From Candidatus Poribacteria bacterium (GTDB lineage: Bacteria; Poribacteria; WGA-4E; PCPOR2b), in the NCBI GenBank assembly GCA_965208325.1, contig OZ242326.1:224001-288000 (forward strand): a stretch of 64,000 nucleotides of DNA. Reading direction: 5' to 3'. A program made the position numbers and the translations under genes. Below the pieces are notes generated by a model that searched no databases, was not told the origin of the DNA, and saw only the letters and a program-made list of their open reading frames with translations. Position 1 is the stretch's first letter. The number at the start of each line of letters is the position of its first letter. Below, piece after piece: positions 9,720 through 18,882 of this stretch.

Positions 9720-12700
9720 ATGACATCAATTCTCAATCCAAAAGATTTGATTCTTGCGCATGATCTTGTGACGGATGACGTTGAAGATTTCCTCAAGATT
9801 TACGGTCTCCACGATCTTCCCCGCGCCAACCGTAATCTACACAGTCTGACAGGAGTATCGCCGGCGCGTGAAGCGTGTGCTGAGATTATGGAAACTTTAC
9901 TCGAATGCGTAGCAGATTCGGCTAATCCAGATTCTGCTTTGCACAATTTTGCACGGTTTGCCGATGCGGTATCCGATCCACTGCGGCTGTATCAGAATCT
10001 TCGTGACACGCCATTCTTGATTTCCATACTGGCGAAATCCTTTGGATCAAGCACCTATTTTTCAGATATCCTGATCCGCAATCCGGAGTATATTGATTGC
10101 CTCGTTGAGGACGGCAAAGTGGCACCTCGCAAGCCGCGAGAAGTTATGGACAGCGAATTATCTCAATATATGCGGCCGGTCGATTCCGTCGAACAAAAAT
10201 TGGATGCGCTCCGGCGTTACAAACGGAAGGAGAGTTTGCGCATTGGCGTCCGAGATCTCATCGGCGCCGCAGATTTGGAAACAACTACCTTAGAGTTATC
10301 CAATCTGGCGGAAGCTGCGCTTCAGAAGTGCTGTGAAATTGGTGAGCATGAACTCACATCAAGATTTGGAACGCCGCAAGCTGAAGTGCACAACGGCGAG
10401 AAAAATGGGAGCACATTTGCCGTAATAGGAATGGGAAAATTTGGCGGCCGCGAATTAAATTTTAGCTCGGATATTGATGTGATGTTCGTTTATTCGAGAG
10501 ACGGAACGACGAATCAGGGCGTTGAGAACCGCCAATACTTCAATAAACTATCCGAGTTCATCATTAACGGGCTTAGCGAGATTACAGGGGAAGGGTATGT
10601 CTTTCGTGTTGACGCCCGCCTGCGGCCCGAAAGCAGTGCAGGAAGCATAGCGCGCTCCATAGATAGTTACGAAGCGTACTACGAGGGTTGGGGGGAAATT
10701 TGGGAACGCCAAGCGTTAATCAAGGCGCGTCCCGTAGCTGGAGATCTCCAACTCGGTAGACATTTCATTGACACCATTCAGCCGTTCGTATATCAACGAT
10801 ATCTTGATGAGTTTTCGATTGCTGAAATCAAGATGGATATACGGCAGACGAAATCGAGAATTGAGGATCGTATTCGTGAAAAAGGCTCGTTTGTGAATAA
10901 CCACGTTAAACTCGGCATCGGCTGCATTCGCGATATCGAGTTCACGATTCAGTGTATGCAACTCATTTATGGCGGTCCAATTCCTGCCTTGCGGAACTGT
11001 AACTCGCTACAGACGATAGACCTCCTTCATCAACATAAATTTCTGAGCCCCAGGAATCGCGATGTTTTCGCGGACGCGTACCGGTTTTTGCGAATGGTCG
11101 AACATCGCCTCCAGATGGAAGCTGACCAGCAGCGGTATTCCCTTCCTTCGAAGACATCAGAGCTGGTTAAACTCGCTAGGTCCGCGGGGTATAGAGATAC
11201 GAAATCTGTCTTGGCTTTGGAGGCGTTCCATGCCGATTATCGCCAGCACACGCACGCCGTGCGCTTAATCTTCGAAAAAATCTTGGAAATTCCTGTGCCG
11301 GATGGAGGAATAGATTTGGCATCTCTGTTCACCACGACGGATACCGGGGTGGTCCGCGAAATTTTGAATCCTTATGGATTTGCGGATCCTCATGAAGCGC
11401 GAAGGCGATTAAAGACTATGGCGGAAGGATCTGATGGCGTGCGATTTTCGCCCACTGTGCGGCGGTTATTTGTCCAACTCGCGCCCGTCCTGTTACATTT
11501 TCTCGCCGAATCTCCGGATCCGGACATGGCAATCCGATACATTGACGTTTTTACGAGCAAAGTCGGAGCGCGCGCCTCATATTACACCCTGTTTCGTGAC
11601 AATCCTTCGATTATTGAGATGCTGACGAAGATATGCGGCACCAGCCGGTTTTTGGCTGAATTGCTCATTGAGCACCCGGAGTCGTTCGATGTGTTGACCG
11701 TGTCCGCGGTCATGGCACGTCCCAAGACATTAACCGAAAAGCAGCAAGAAACGCTTGAGATGGTCGCTAATACTACGCCCGATCGCATATTTGATAGACT
11801 GCGGCAATATAAAAACAGCGAAATCTTGCGTATCGGAATGCGTAGTATCCTTGCGCAAGCTGAACTTGAATCCGAGGATTGGGACGAGAAGCCTAGCATC
11901 AAAGCCGATTTGTGGACGACAACCGCTGAACTCTCCGATCTCGCCGAGGCAACGCTTAAAGCGATGTATGCTCACGTCAAGGATATTTTCAGTGCGGAAC
12001 ACGGAAGACCCATGGTGGACGATGGGAGTGAAGCCACCCTTACCATCATTGGAATGGGAAAATTCGGCGGCGGCGAATTAAACTTCAGCTCGGATTTGGA
12101 CGTTATGTTAGTTTATTCAGCCGATGGTAAAACTACCAAAGGGGCAACCAATGCTGACTATTTCAGCGATTTTGGCTTGGCGTTAGTAAACCGGTTGAAA
12201 GGAAGCACCGGAGGTGGATCCATCTACGAACTCGATTTACGGTTGCGTCCGTTTGGCAACGGTGGGGCGATTGCCATGCCGTTAGCCGCATACCAAAACT
12301 ACTACAACAAAAATGCCGAAACCTGGGAACGCCAAGCCTTAACCCGCGCCCGCCCGGTCGCAGGCGATATGGAACTGGGCGAACGGTTCATCGCCCAAGC
12401 GCACGCTTTCGCTTATCGCCATCCGTTGACCCCTGATGAAATTACTCAGATTGCGCATACCCGGAAACGAAAAGAGGCGCAAGCTACCCGCCCCGCTGCA
12501 ACACGGCGGCGAAGGAGGAGTCGGACGAAAGATGTGAAAGCCGGCTACGGCGGACTTGTCGATATTGAGTTTGCCGTGCAGATAATCCAGTTAATTCATG
12601 GCACGGATTCGCCGCAGATGAGGGTGCAGCACACGGTGGAAGCCATTAAGCAGTTACATGAAATCAACGCATTGTCAAAAATACAAAAAACTCAACTACT

Positions 12701-12926
12701 TGAAGCTTACGGATTTCTCAGACGCGTGGAAAACAGCCTTAGAATCGTCCATGATCGACCGCTGGATGCGCTGCCCGATAAAGCTGCGGAGTTGGAGAAA
12801 CTCGCCAGACGGCTCGGTTACATCGATCAGAATGGGGAAGAGTCAAACCGGTTTTTAAAAGACTATCACGAATGTACAGAGCGCACACGCAAGCTGTTTC
12901 ATGAACTGCTAGGCTTTCAAAATTGA
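9720..12926 (+). CDS. glnE: Bifunctional glutamine synthetase adenylyltransferase/adenylyl-removing enzyme
   Basis: Two NTase domains with GMGKFGGxELNFSSDxD, D.RLRP and WERQAL.ARP motifs. Confidence 0.97.
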   Translation: MTSILNPKDLILAHDLVTDDVEDFLKIYGLHDLPRANRNLHSLTGVSPAREACAEIMETLLECVADSANPDSALHNFARFADAVSDPLRLYQNLRDTPFLISILAKSFGSSTYFSDILIRNPEYIDCLVEDGKVAPRKPREVMDSELSQYMRPVDSVEQKLDALRRYKRKESLRIGVRDLIGAADLETTTLELSNLAEAALQKCCEIGEHELTSRFGTPQAEVHNGEKNGSTFAVIGMGKFGGRELNFSSDIDVMFVYSRDGTTNQGVENRQYFNKLSEFIINGLSEITGEGYVFRVDARLRPESSAGSIARSIDSYEAYYEGWGEIWERQALIKARPVAGDLQLGRHFIDTIQPFVYQRYLDEFSIAEIKMDIRQTKSRIEDRIREKGSFVNNHVKLGIGCIRDIEFTIQCMQLIYGGPIPALRNCNSLQTIDLLHQHKFLSPRNRDVFADAYRFLRMVEHRLQMEADQQRYSLPSKTSELVKLARSAGYRDTKSVLALEAFHADYRQHTHAVRLIFEKILEIPVPDGGIDLASLFTTTDTGVVREILNPYGFADPHEARRRLKTMAEGSDGVRFSPTVRRLFVQLAPVLLHFLAESPDPDMAIRYIDVFTSKVGARASYYTLFRDNPSIIEMLTKICGTSRFLAELLIEHPESFDVLTVSAVMARPKTLTEKQQETLEMVANTTPDRIFDRLRQYKNSEILRIGMRSILAQAELESEDWDEKPSIKADLWTTTAELSDLAEATLKAMYAHVKDIFSAEHGRPMVDDGSEATLTIIGMGKFGGGELNFSSDLDVMLVYSADGKTTKGATNADYFSDFGLALVNRLKGSTGGGSIYELDLRLRPFGNGGAIAMPLAAYQNYYNKNAETWERQALTRARPVAGDMELGERFIAQAHAFAYRHPLTPDEITQIAHTRKRKEAQATRPAATRRRRRSRTKDVKAGYGGLVDIEFAVQIIQLIHGTDSPQMRVQHTVEAIKQLHEINALSKIQKTQLLEAYGFLRRVENSLRIVHDRPLDALPDKAAELEKLARRLGYIDQNGEESNRFLKDYHECTERTRKLFHELLGFQN

Positions 12927-13184
12927 AGGATTTTGAAACCAAATCGCAATACCGTGTGCGCCGGAGAAAATTCAGATCCTGAATCGTAGTTTAGTGCCCT
13001 AGGCATGGCGGTATGGCTTGCCTAATTCCTGTGAATTACTAATAATTTTTATAGTATTTTACCGGCATTCGGCGGCAATCTCATCTGTAAAATCCGCACG
13101 GATAACCCCGGAATTAATCGGAAAACCAACCTGCATTTTGTGCTTGTACCTGAGTGTGCATCGGTCTCTGTTGGGAGATAAGAC

Positions 13185-14237
13185 ATGTCTGAAAAATATC
13201 GCCTCGGAATAATTGGCTGCGGTAGTATCGCCAATTTGCACGCCGACAGTTTCCGGAACGTGGACGAGATTGATGTCGTCGCAATCTCTGACCCGGTGGA
13301 CGAAGCGCGCAATGAATTTGGCGAACGCCACAATATCGCGAACCGGTATCATGAAGCCCGAGAAATGCTCGACAAAGAAAATTTGCGTATTGTTATCATT
13401 ACGACTTGGCCCAAGCTGCACGCACCCATGACTGCAGCCGCATGTGCGCGGAAACCGTACGCCGTAATTTGCGAGAAGCCCATGGCAGCGACGCTCGGCG
13501 AATGCGATGAAATGTTGACCGTCGCTTCACGCTACAATGTAAAATTGGCGGTTGGCCACCAGCGGCGGTTCGTTTCAACCTGGACAACGGCTCGCGGGCT
13601 AATCGCCAGCGGAACAATTGGTGAACCGCGGCAGATTGTCTGCAGAGGTGGTCAGGGGTTGCTGAACGACTGCTCTCACCTGATTGATATGATGCGGTAC
13701 GTACTTGGCGATCCCAACGCGTCGTGGGTTATCGGAAACGTCGAACGCAAAACCGAACGGTATGAGCGCGATATACCGATTGAAGATCGAAGCGCAGGGA
13801 TAATTGGATTTGACAATGGCTGCGTCGGTTTATTGCTTCAGGAGATCGCTGGTCCCAACGAGTACGGCGGCTTAATCTACGGGTCAGAGGGAATGATTGA
13901 TCTGACTGAGTCGCGGGTGCGCGTGCTCAACAGCCGGTCCGCGGAGTGGGAGGAGCGTCAGGCGGATGACGGAAATCCATGGGAGGCGCAAATTCGGGAG
14001 TTAATCTCATGGATTGAAGAGGGCACAGAGCATCGCGGCAATGCAAAACACGGACGTGCAGCCATTGAAATCATCATGGCGATTTACGAATCTGCGCGGA
14101 TGCACGAGGTAGTGCAGATGCCCGTCCGAACGCTCTGTTCACCGCTAGAATTGATGATTGAAAGTGGTGAACTACCAGTTGAACGCCCTGGGCGGTACGA
14201 TATACGCGCATTTCTGCTTCGTGGGGAGGAGAGGTAA
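13185..14237 (+). CDS. Gfo/Idh/MocA family oxidoreductase
   Basis: GIIGCGSIA, CEKPMA, VGHQRRF, HLIDM. Confidence 0.95.
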   Translation: MSEKYRLGIIGCGSIANLHADSFRNVDEIDVVAISDPVDEARNEFGERHNIANRYHEAREMLDKENLRIVIITTWPKLHAPMTAAACARKPYAVICEKPMAATLGECDEMLTVASRYNVKLAVGHQRRFVSTWTTARGLIASGTIGEPRQIVCRGGQGLLNDCSHLIDMMRYVLGDPNASWVIGNVERKTERYERDIPIEDRSAGIIGFDNGCVGLLLQEIAGPNEYGGLIYGSEGMIDLTESRVRVLNSRSAEWEERQADDGNPWEAQIRELISWIEEGTEHRGNAKHGRAAIEIIMAIYESARMHEVVQMPVRTLCSPLELMIESGELPVERPGRYDIRAFLLRGEER

Positions 14238-14331
14238 TCTTCGTAAGGCAACGGCACCGGTGGTGGCTGATTCCGATTACAGAGATTCATGGTGTATGCG
14301 TGAAAGCCAAACGTTCAAAAAAGGGCGTTGA

Positions 14332-15150
14332 ATGACCATTATTGATGCAATTTTGCTTGGCGTACTGCAAGGGTTGACCGAATTTTTGCCCGTAAGCAGT
14401 TCTGGGCATTTGGTGTTGATGCAGCATTTTCTCGGTATGGAGGAGCCGCAGGTCTTATTTGACGTGATGCTTCACCTGGGGACGCTCGGTGCCGTCGTGG
14501 TTGTGTATCGCCAATCGATTTGGTCGCTGGCACTTACTAGTATTTCTACTTCTGTAGACCGTAATTTCTACCGGCACCCAATTGGCGCAGTCAAAAGCAA
14601 CATGAACCGCAAACTAGTCTGGCTTATCCTGGTCGGCTCGATACCAACTGGATTGATCGCTATTGCATTTAAAGATCAGTTCGAAGCGCTGTTTACAAAA
14701 CCCGGGACTGTAGCCGCCATGCTAATCGTTACCGGCCTGATGCTGCAACTACCGCGTGTGCGTAGAGACAAGGCTAACGCCAATCTTCCGCTGCGGACCT
14801 GGCATACACCGCTCATCGGCATTGCTCAAGGATTCGCCGTTGCGCCGGGTATTTCCAGATCGGGGTCAACAATTTCCGTTTCTTTGATGCTAGGAATCTC
14901 TCCTCAAATTGCAGCGCAGTATTCTTTTCTTCTTGCCATCCCCGCGATACTAGGCGCACTTGTTCTCAAGCTTAAGGACATAGCTAAAGTCACGCCCGCC
15001 GCCGCTATCGTCGGTACGCTGACTGCGTTTGTTGCGGGTTACATCGCTTTGCGCATCTTGCTTGCCATGCTAAATCGGGGAAAGTTTTACGTGTTTTCCT
15101 ACTACTGCTTTGCGCTAGGCGGCGCAGTTCTCATTAAGATGGCGTGGTAA
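14332..15150 (+). CDS. uppP: Undecaprenyl-diphosphate phosphatase
   Basis: QGLTEFLPVSSSGH, PGISRSGST, YSFLLAIP. Confidence 0.97.
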   Translation: MTIIDAILLGVLQGLTEFLPVSSSGHLVLMQHFLGMEEPQVLFDVMLHLGTLGAVVVVYRQSIWSLALTSISTSVDRNFYRHPIGAVKSNMNRKLVWLILVGSIPTGLIAIAFKDQFEALFTKPGTVAAMLIVTGLMLQLPRVRRDKANANLPLRTWHTPLIGIAQGFAVAPGISRSGSTISVSLMLGISPQIAAQYSFLLAIPAILGALVLKLKDIAKVTPAAAIVGTLTAFVAGYIALRILLAMLNRGKFYVFSYYCFALGGAVLIKMAW

Positions 15151-15198
15151 GTTGTAGTCGCTGGCGTATCGTGGCGGTGCCTCGAATTTCCGCCATAT

Positions 15199-16287
15199 TT
15201 ACACATTAAACCGAATTGTTAACACCTCTCCATCCTGGACGACGTAATCTCTCCCTTCCAGCCGCAGTAATCCAAGTGCCTTGGCTTTCGCCATATTCCC
15301 GCCGTGCACGAGCTTTTTCCAGTGGATTGTCTCCGCGCAGATGAAACCGCGCGCCATATCGGTGTGGATAGTGGCGGCGGCATCTACTGCCGTATGACCT
15401 TGCCTAAGCGTCCAAGCCCGCATTTCTCTTGAAACGACAGTGAAAAATGTAATCAGTCCTAACAAGCGGTATGATGCCTGAATTACTCGATTCAACGCGG
15501 ATTCTTCTAATCCCATTTCAGCCAGAAAAATCCGTGCATCTTCCGCTTCCAACTGAGCGATTTCCATCTCGAGTTTTGCGGAAATCGTGGTAAACTCAGT
15601 CTGGGTTTTGTCTCCATATTCTGCAAACCTGCCGTGTATCTGTTCTGCTTCATCCAATTGGTTTTCCCCGATATTTAAAATTACCAAAATCGGTTTCTGT
15701 GTCAAAAATCCGTATCCACGAATCATCTGTTTTTTTTCAGGCGTGATGTCAATCTCTCGTAGAGGGAGGCCGCGCTCAAGCGCCGCCTTGCACTGTTCCA
15801 ACACGCCGTGCTCATTTTCAAGGACTGGAGACTTTTTGGCGCGCAGTTCGCGGTTTAACCGCTCCAATCTTTTGTCGATAATGTGTATGTCAGCAAGTGT
15901 TAGCTCTAATTCTAAAGTTTCAATATCTCGCTTCGGATCGACGTTGCCATCGGTGTGGGGTACGGAATCATCTTCAAATACGCGCACAACATGCGCGAGT
16001 GCATCGGCTTGACGAAGATCGGCAATGACCTCCGTTCCCAGTCCACTCCGCTCAATTTCGCCCTTGGAAAGCCACGCAACGTCGACATAATCAATTCGCA
16101 CTGGCGTTATCTGCTTCGGGTTAAAAAGTTCAGCCAGCAAATTCAAGCGCTCGTCGGGCACGGTAACCGCACTGATGTTTGATTGCTTTTTCCCAGTATA
16201 GGTTCCTGTCTCCGCCCCGGATTGTGTCAGTGCATTGAAAATAGATGTCTTTCCAACATAGGGTAGACCTACGATGCCAATTTTCAT
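15199..16287 (-). CDS. ychF: YchF/Ola1-family ATPase, divergent
   Basis: GIVGLPYVGKT, VPDERL, LGLITFFT, IHTDMARGF, RLEGRDYVVQDG..IRFNV; GGAG RBS before 16287. Confidence 0.9.
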   Translation of the reverse strand: MKIGIVGLPYVGKTSIFNALTQSGAETGTYTGKKQSNISAVTVPDERLNLLAELFNPKQITPVRIDYVDVAWLSKGEIERSGLGTEVIADLRQADALAHVVRVFEDDSVPHTDGNVDPKRDIETLELELTLADIHIIDKRLERLNRELRAKKSPVLENEHGVLEQCKAALERGLPLREIDITPEKKQMIRGYGFLTQKPILVILNIGENQLDEAEQIHGRFAEYGDKTQTEFTTISAKLEMEIAQLEAEDARIFLAEMGLEESALNRVIQASYRLLGLITFFTVVSREMRAWTLRQGHTAVDAAATIHTDMARGFICAETIHWKKLVHGGNMAKAKALGLLRLEGRDYVVQDGEVLTIRFNV

Positions 16288-16527
16288 TGATTTCTCCAGC
16301 CGAAAATGTGCCACTAGCATAACACCTTGAAATAGATTGCGTCAACGGGATTTGTCTGAATAACACATGCGATAATGAACGATGTAAAGGCTGTTCCCGT
16401 CGTTGCTCAAAGCGGAATATTGATCATCCGAATGCGTTGGATCGCGCCGTTTTACGGTCGGCATCCTCCGGTAACAAGCTGTCGGGTTTCAGATTGTAAA
16501 GATTGTGCCGACGCGCCGAAAAAGTCC

Positions 16528-16557
16528 TTGACATCCGATTCTTTCCTTTGTTATCAT
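16528..16557 (+). promoter_or_regulatory. Sigma70-type promoter of the tRNA pair
   Basis: TTGACA-18 nt-TATCAT with extended TG, 17 nt upstream of tRNA-Phe. Confidence 0.7.
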
Positions 16558-16574
16558 TCTAGCCTAGTTAATCC

Positions 16575-16647
16575 GCCGAGGTAGCTCAGTTGGTAGAGCA
16601 GTGGACTGAAAATCCATGTGTCGGCAGTTCGATTCTGCCCTTCGGCA
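16575..16647 (+). tRNA. tRNA-Phe (GAA)
   Basis: Cloverleaf with GCCGAGG/CTTCGGC acceptor stem, CTGAAAA anticodon loop and TTCGATT T-loop; CCA not encoded. Confidence 0.97.
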
Positions 16648-16660
16648 CTTGAAATCTCTA

Positions 16661-16686
16661 CAGCCCCATCATGCATGATGGGGCTG
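16661..16686. repeat. Perfect 26-bp palindrome in the tRNA spacer
   Basis: CAGCCCCATCATG-CATGATGGGGCTG. Confidence 0.9.
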
Positions 16687-16699
16687 CATTCTATCGTAA

Positions 16700-16772
16700 G
16701 CCGGTGTAGCTCAGTGGTCAGAGCAACTGATTCGTAATCAGTAGGTCGGAGGTTCAAATCCCCTCACCGGCT
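16700..16772 (+). tRNA. tRNA-Thr (CGT)
   Basis: GCCGGTG/CACCGGC acceptor stem, ACTGA-TTCGTAA-TCAGT anticodon arm, TTCAAAT T-loop; CCA not encoded. Confidence 0.96.
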
Positions 16773-16878
16773 TTCCCAATAACATCCTTCCAAAGCCGCG
16801 TTGAAATCCATTTTCTAATTTATCTCTTCAATCCAACCAAGGCATTCATTTATTCGTATATTTGCCTTTCGGCGCCCC

Positions 16879-16905
16879 TAAACCTTTTACAACTTGACAC
16901 GTCTA
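16879..16905 (+). promoter_or_regulatory. Putative autoregulatory ECF-sigma promoter
   Basis: TAAAC-16 nt-CGTCTA directly upstream of the ECF sigma RBS; matches the AAC/CGT ECF pattern. Confidence 0.6.
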
Positions 16906-16922
16906 CAACGGAAGGATTGTTC

Positions 16923-17495
16923 ATGAAAGCCGACCCGGATCGATTTCTCATTCAGTGCGCACAGAATGGGGACATTGATGCCTTTGGAGAGCTCGTTCAG
17001 AAGTATCAGAAACGAATTTACGAGCTAGCCTATCGCTTTACACACCATCCAGAAGATGCCGCCGATCTTTGCCAAGAAATTTTTCTAAAAGCCTTCAATG
17101 CTTTGGGGAAATTTGAGAACAAATCGACGTTCTACACGTGGATTTATCAGATTGCGAAGAATCGATGCATTGATTATTCGCGGCGGAGATCAGGGCGCTA
17201 CGATGTTTCCTTTGTTGAAGAAATTGCTCCGGACGATTCGCTGTTCCAATCTCATTACTCTGAGGATCAGGCGTCTCGTCGTTTGGAACAGGTTGAACTT
17301 GAAACTGAAATTAGGAAAGCCATTGATCAGTTATCCCCCCGCCAGAAACAGGTCTTTGTCTTGAGGCATTATGAGGGATTAGCCTTGAGGGAGATTGCAG
17401 AAACGCTTGGCCTGCGTGTTGGAAGCGTCAAGGCGCATCTGTTTAACGCAACGCGGAAACTACGGATGTTGCTTACACCTTATTTGGACGAATAA
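16923..17495 (+). CDS. ECF-family RNA polymerase sigma factor
   Basis: GDIDAFGELV...DLCQEIFLKAF...FYTWIYQIAKNRCID; region 4 REIAETLGLRVGSVKAHLFNA. Confidence 0.95.
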   Translation: MKADPDRFLIQCAQNGDIDAFGELVQKYQKRIYELAYRFTHHPEDAADLCQEIFLKAFNALGKFENKSTFYTWIYQIAKNRCIDYSRRRSGRYDVSFVEEIAPDDSLFQSHYSEDQASRRLEQVELETEIRKAIDQLSPRQKQVFVLRHYEGLALREIAETLGLRVGSVKAHLFNATRKLRMLLTPYLDE

Positions 17496-17501
17496 TCTAC
17501 C

Positions 17502-18167
17502 ATGAAATGTAAGCCGGCAGAAAAATTGATGCTCGACTATATTGAAGGGACGTTGCAACCAAAAAAGCAAGACCTATTGGAGATTCATCTGGGTACATGC
17601 CCTCATTGTCAAAAAGTTTTAGCCGACTATGAGAAAACTCTTCAACTTGCCGGTAGTTTGCCGGTCAAATTTCCTTCCCCGGACGCCTGGGGAGACTTTT
17701 GGCAAAAACTGAAAAGCAAAATATCGCAGGTCGTGCCTGATGACCAACCGGTGTGGGTCGTTGCGCACAAATGGAAAATCGCCGGCGTAGGTTTTGTTTT
17801 GGTCGCTCTCCTAGGCTTGGCGGGATTATGGAGCTACGGCGTAATCAATAACTCGGCGGCAGATCCAAGCGCATCTTTAGATAAACACATCTTCCAGAAT
17901 TTCATGGGGGGAATTTCTACCGTGCATTTACAAGAGGTCCTAAGTCAAGAACTTCAACGCCTAGACGGGGCGAGCTTGACCTGGAGCGGTGAGAATTTGC
18001 TCATGGAGGAAGCCGGGTCGCCGCAACCATCGGGAACAAACAGTCTAGTAGGTCAACTGTTTGAGGTAATTGACACCGAAGTCGCTCTGGAACATTTCGA
18101 GGATGACGAGTTGACGATTCTCGTCGCGTCAATTGAGAACAAACTCATCCTCGCTTCATCACGCTAA
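17502..18167 (+). CDS. Zinc-finger (zf-HC2) anti-sigma factor, single TM
   Basis: MKC...HLGTCPHC, then one TM helix; directly follows the ECF sigma gene. Confidence 0.88.
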   Translation: MKCKPAEKLMLDYIEGTLQPKKQDLLEIHLGTCPHCQKVLADYEKTLQLAGSLPVKFPSPDAWGDFWQKLKSKISQVVPDDQPVWVVAHKWKIAGVGFVLVALLGLAGLWSYGVINNSAADPSASLDKHIFQNFMGGISTVHLQEVLSQELQRLDGASLTWSGENLLMEEAGSPQPSGTNSLVGQLFEVIDTEVALEHFEDDELTILVASIENKLILASSR

Positions 18168-18287
18168 AGGGAGTTTCAAATTAGACGCGAAACACATGAG
18201 GTAAGCCAACCAAGAGCGGCGTCGGCAGCTGGAGAGTTCACCGATCTAATCTGAACGAATAACAATTTATAAAGGAGGAATGCGACT

Positions 18288-18809
18288 ATGAATCGCCGGT
18301 ATGTACTATTCTTTGCGCTGTTGCCGCTAGCGTTAGCGCTTGTGATTGTGATTCCGAGAATTACGGCTGAGGCGCCGCCCGCTCAACCGGCGTCGCAAAA
18401 CGCCACGGCCGAATTGGTCGAACTGCTTAAAATCTGGAAACTCATTGATGCGGTGTCGCCGGAATCTGAGCAATCTGTGCAATTGTTAACGAAATTCAAC
18501 AAGTTAGAAGACCTGAAAGCACAGTATCGGCGAGAACACCGAAGCGCGATAAATCAGCTAAAGCAATTAAAAGCGGCGAAACTTGATTCTGAGGAGAAAA
18601 TTGCTGAACTTCAGACTGCGCTAGATGAGTATCGTCAAGTCGAGGACAACTTCATTGCGGGGAGAAAAAAGATTAAGGATGAAATTAGCAAAATTTTGAC
18701 CGTCGAGCAACAGGCGAAATTCGAGGTTTTCAGTTACAGTTACCGCCAAGATCTAAAGCTAACGCTGCAATCCCTAATTGCTCTGCAAGACCAGCCGCGG
18801 TCGAAGTGA
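18288..18809 (+). CDS. Periplasmic Spy/CpxP-like helical protein
   Basis: Signal peptide, all-alpha, ILTVEQQAKF (LTxxQ) motif; third gene of the ECF operon. Confidence 0.7.
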   Translation: MNRRYVLFFALLPLALALVIVIPRITAEAPPAQPASQNATAELVELLKIWKLIDAVSPESEQSVQLLTKFNKLEDLKAQYRREHRSAINQLKQLKAAKLDSEEKIAELQTALDEYRQVEDNFIAGRKKIKDEISKILTVEQQAKFEVFSYSYRQDLKLTLQSLIALQDQPRSK

Positions 18810-18882
18810 GTGCATCGAAATTTGGTGAGAATTGGACCCGTTAAACTTGAAGTAGTGTCAATTAAGGCTGATCCGTCAATCG

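Noticed and set aside
16554..16757. 67-aa minus-strand ORF
   Set aside because: It is the antisense shadow of the two tRNA genes.
16575..16800. tRNA-anchored integrative element
   Set aside because: No integrase nearby, and I saw no duplicated tRNA 3' end in the window.
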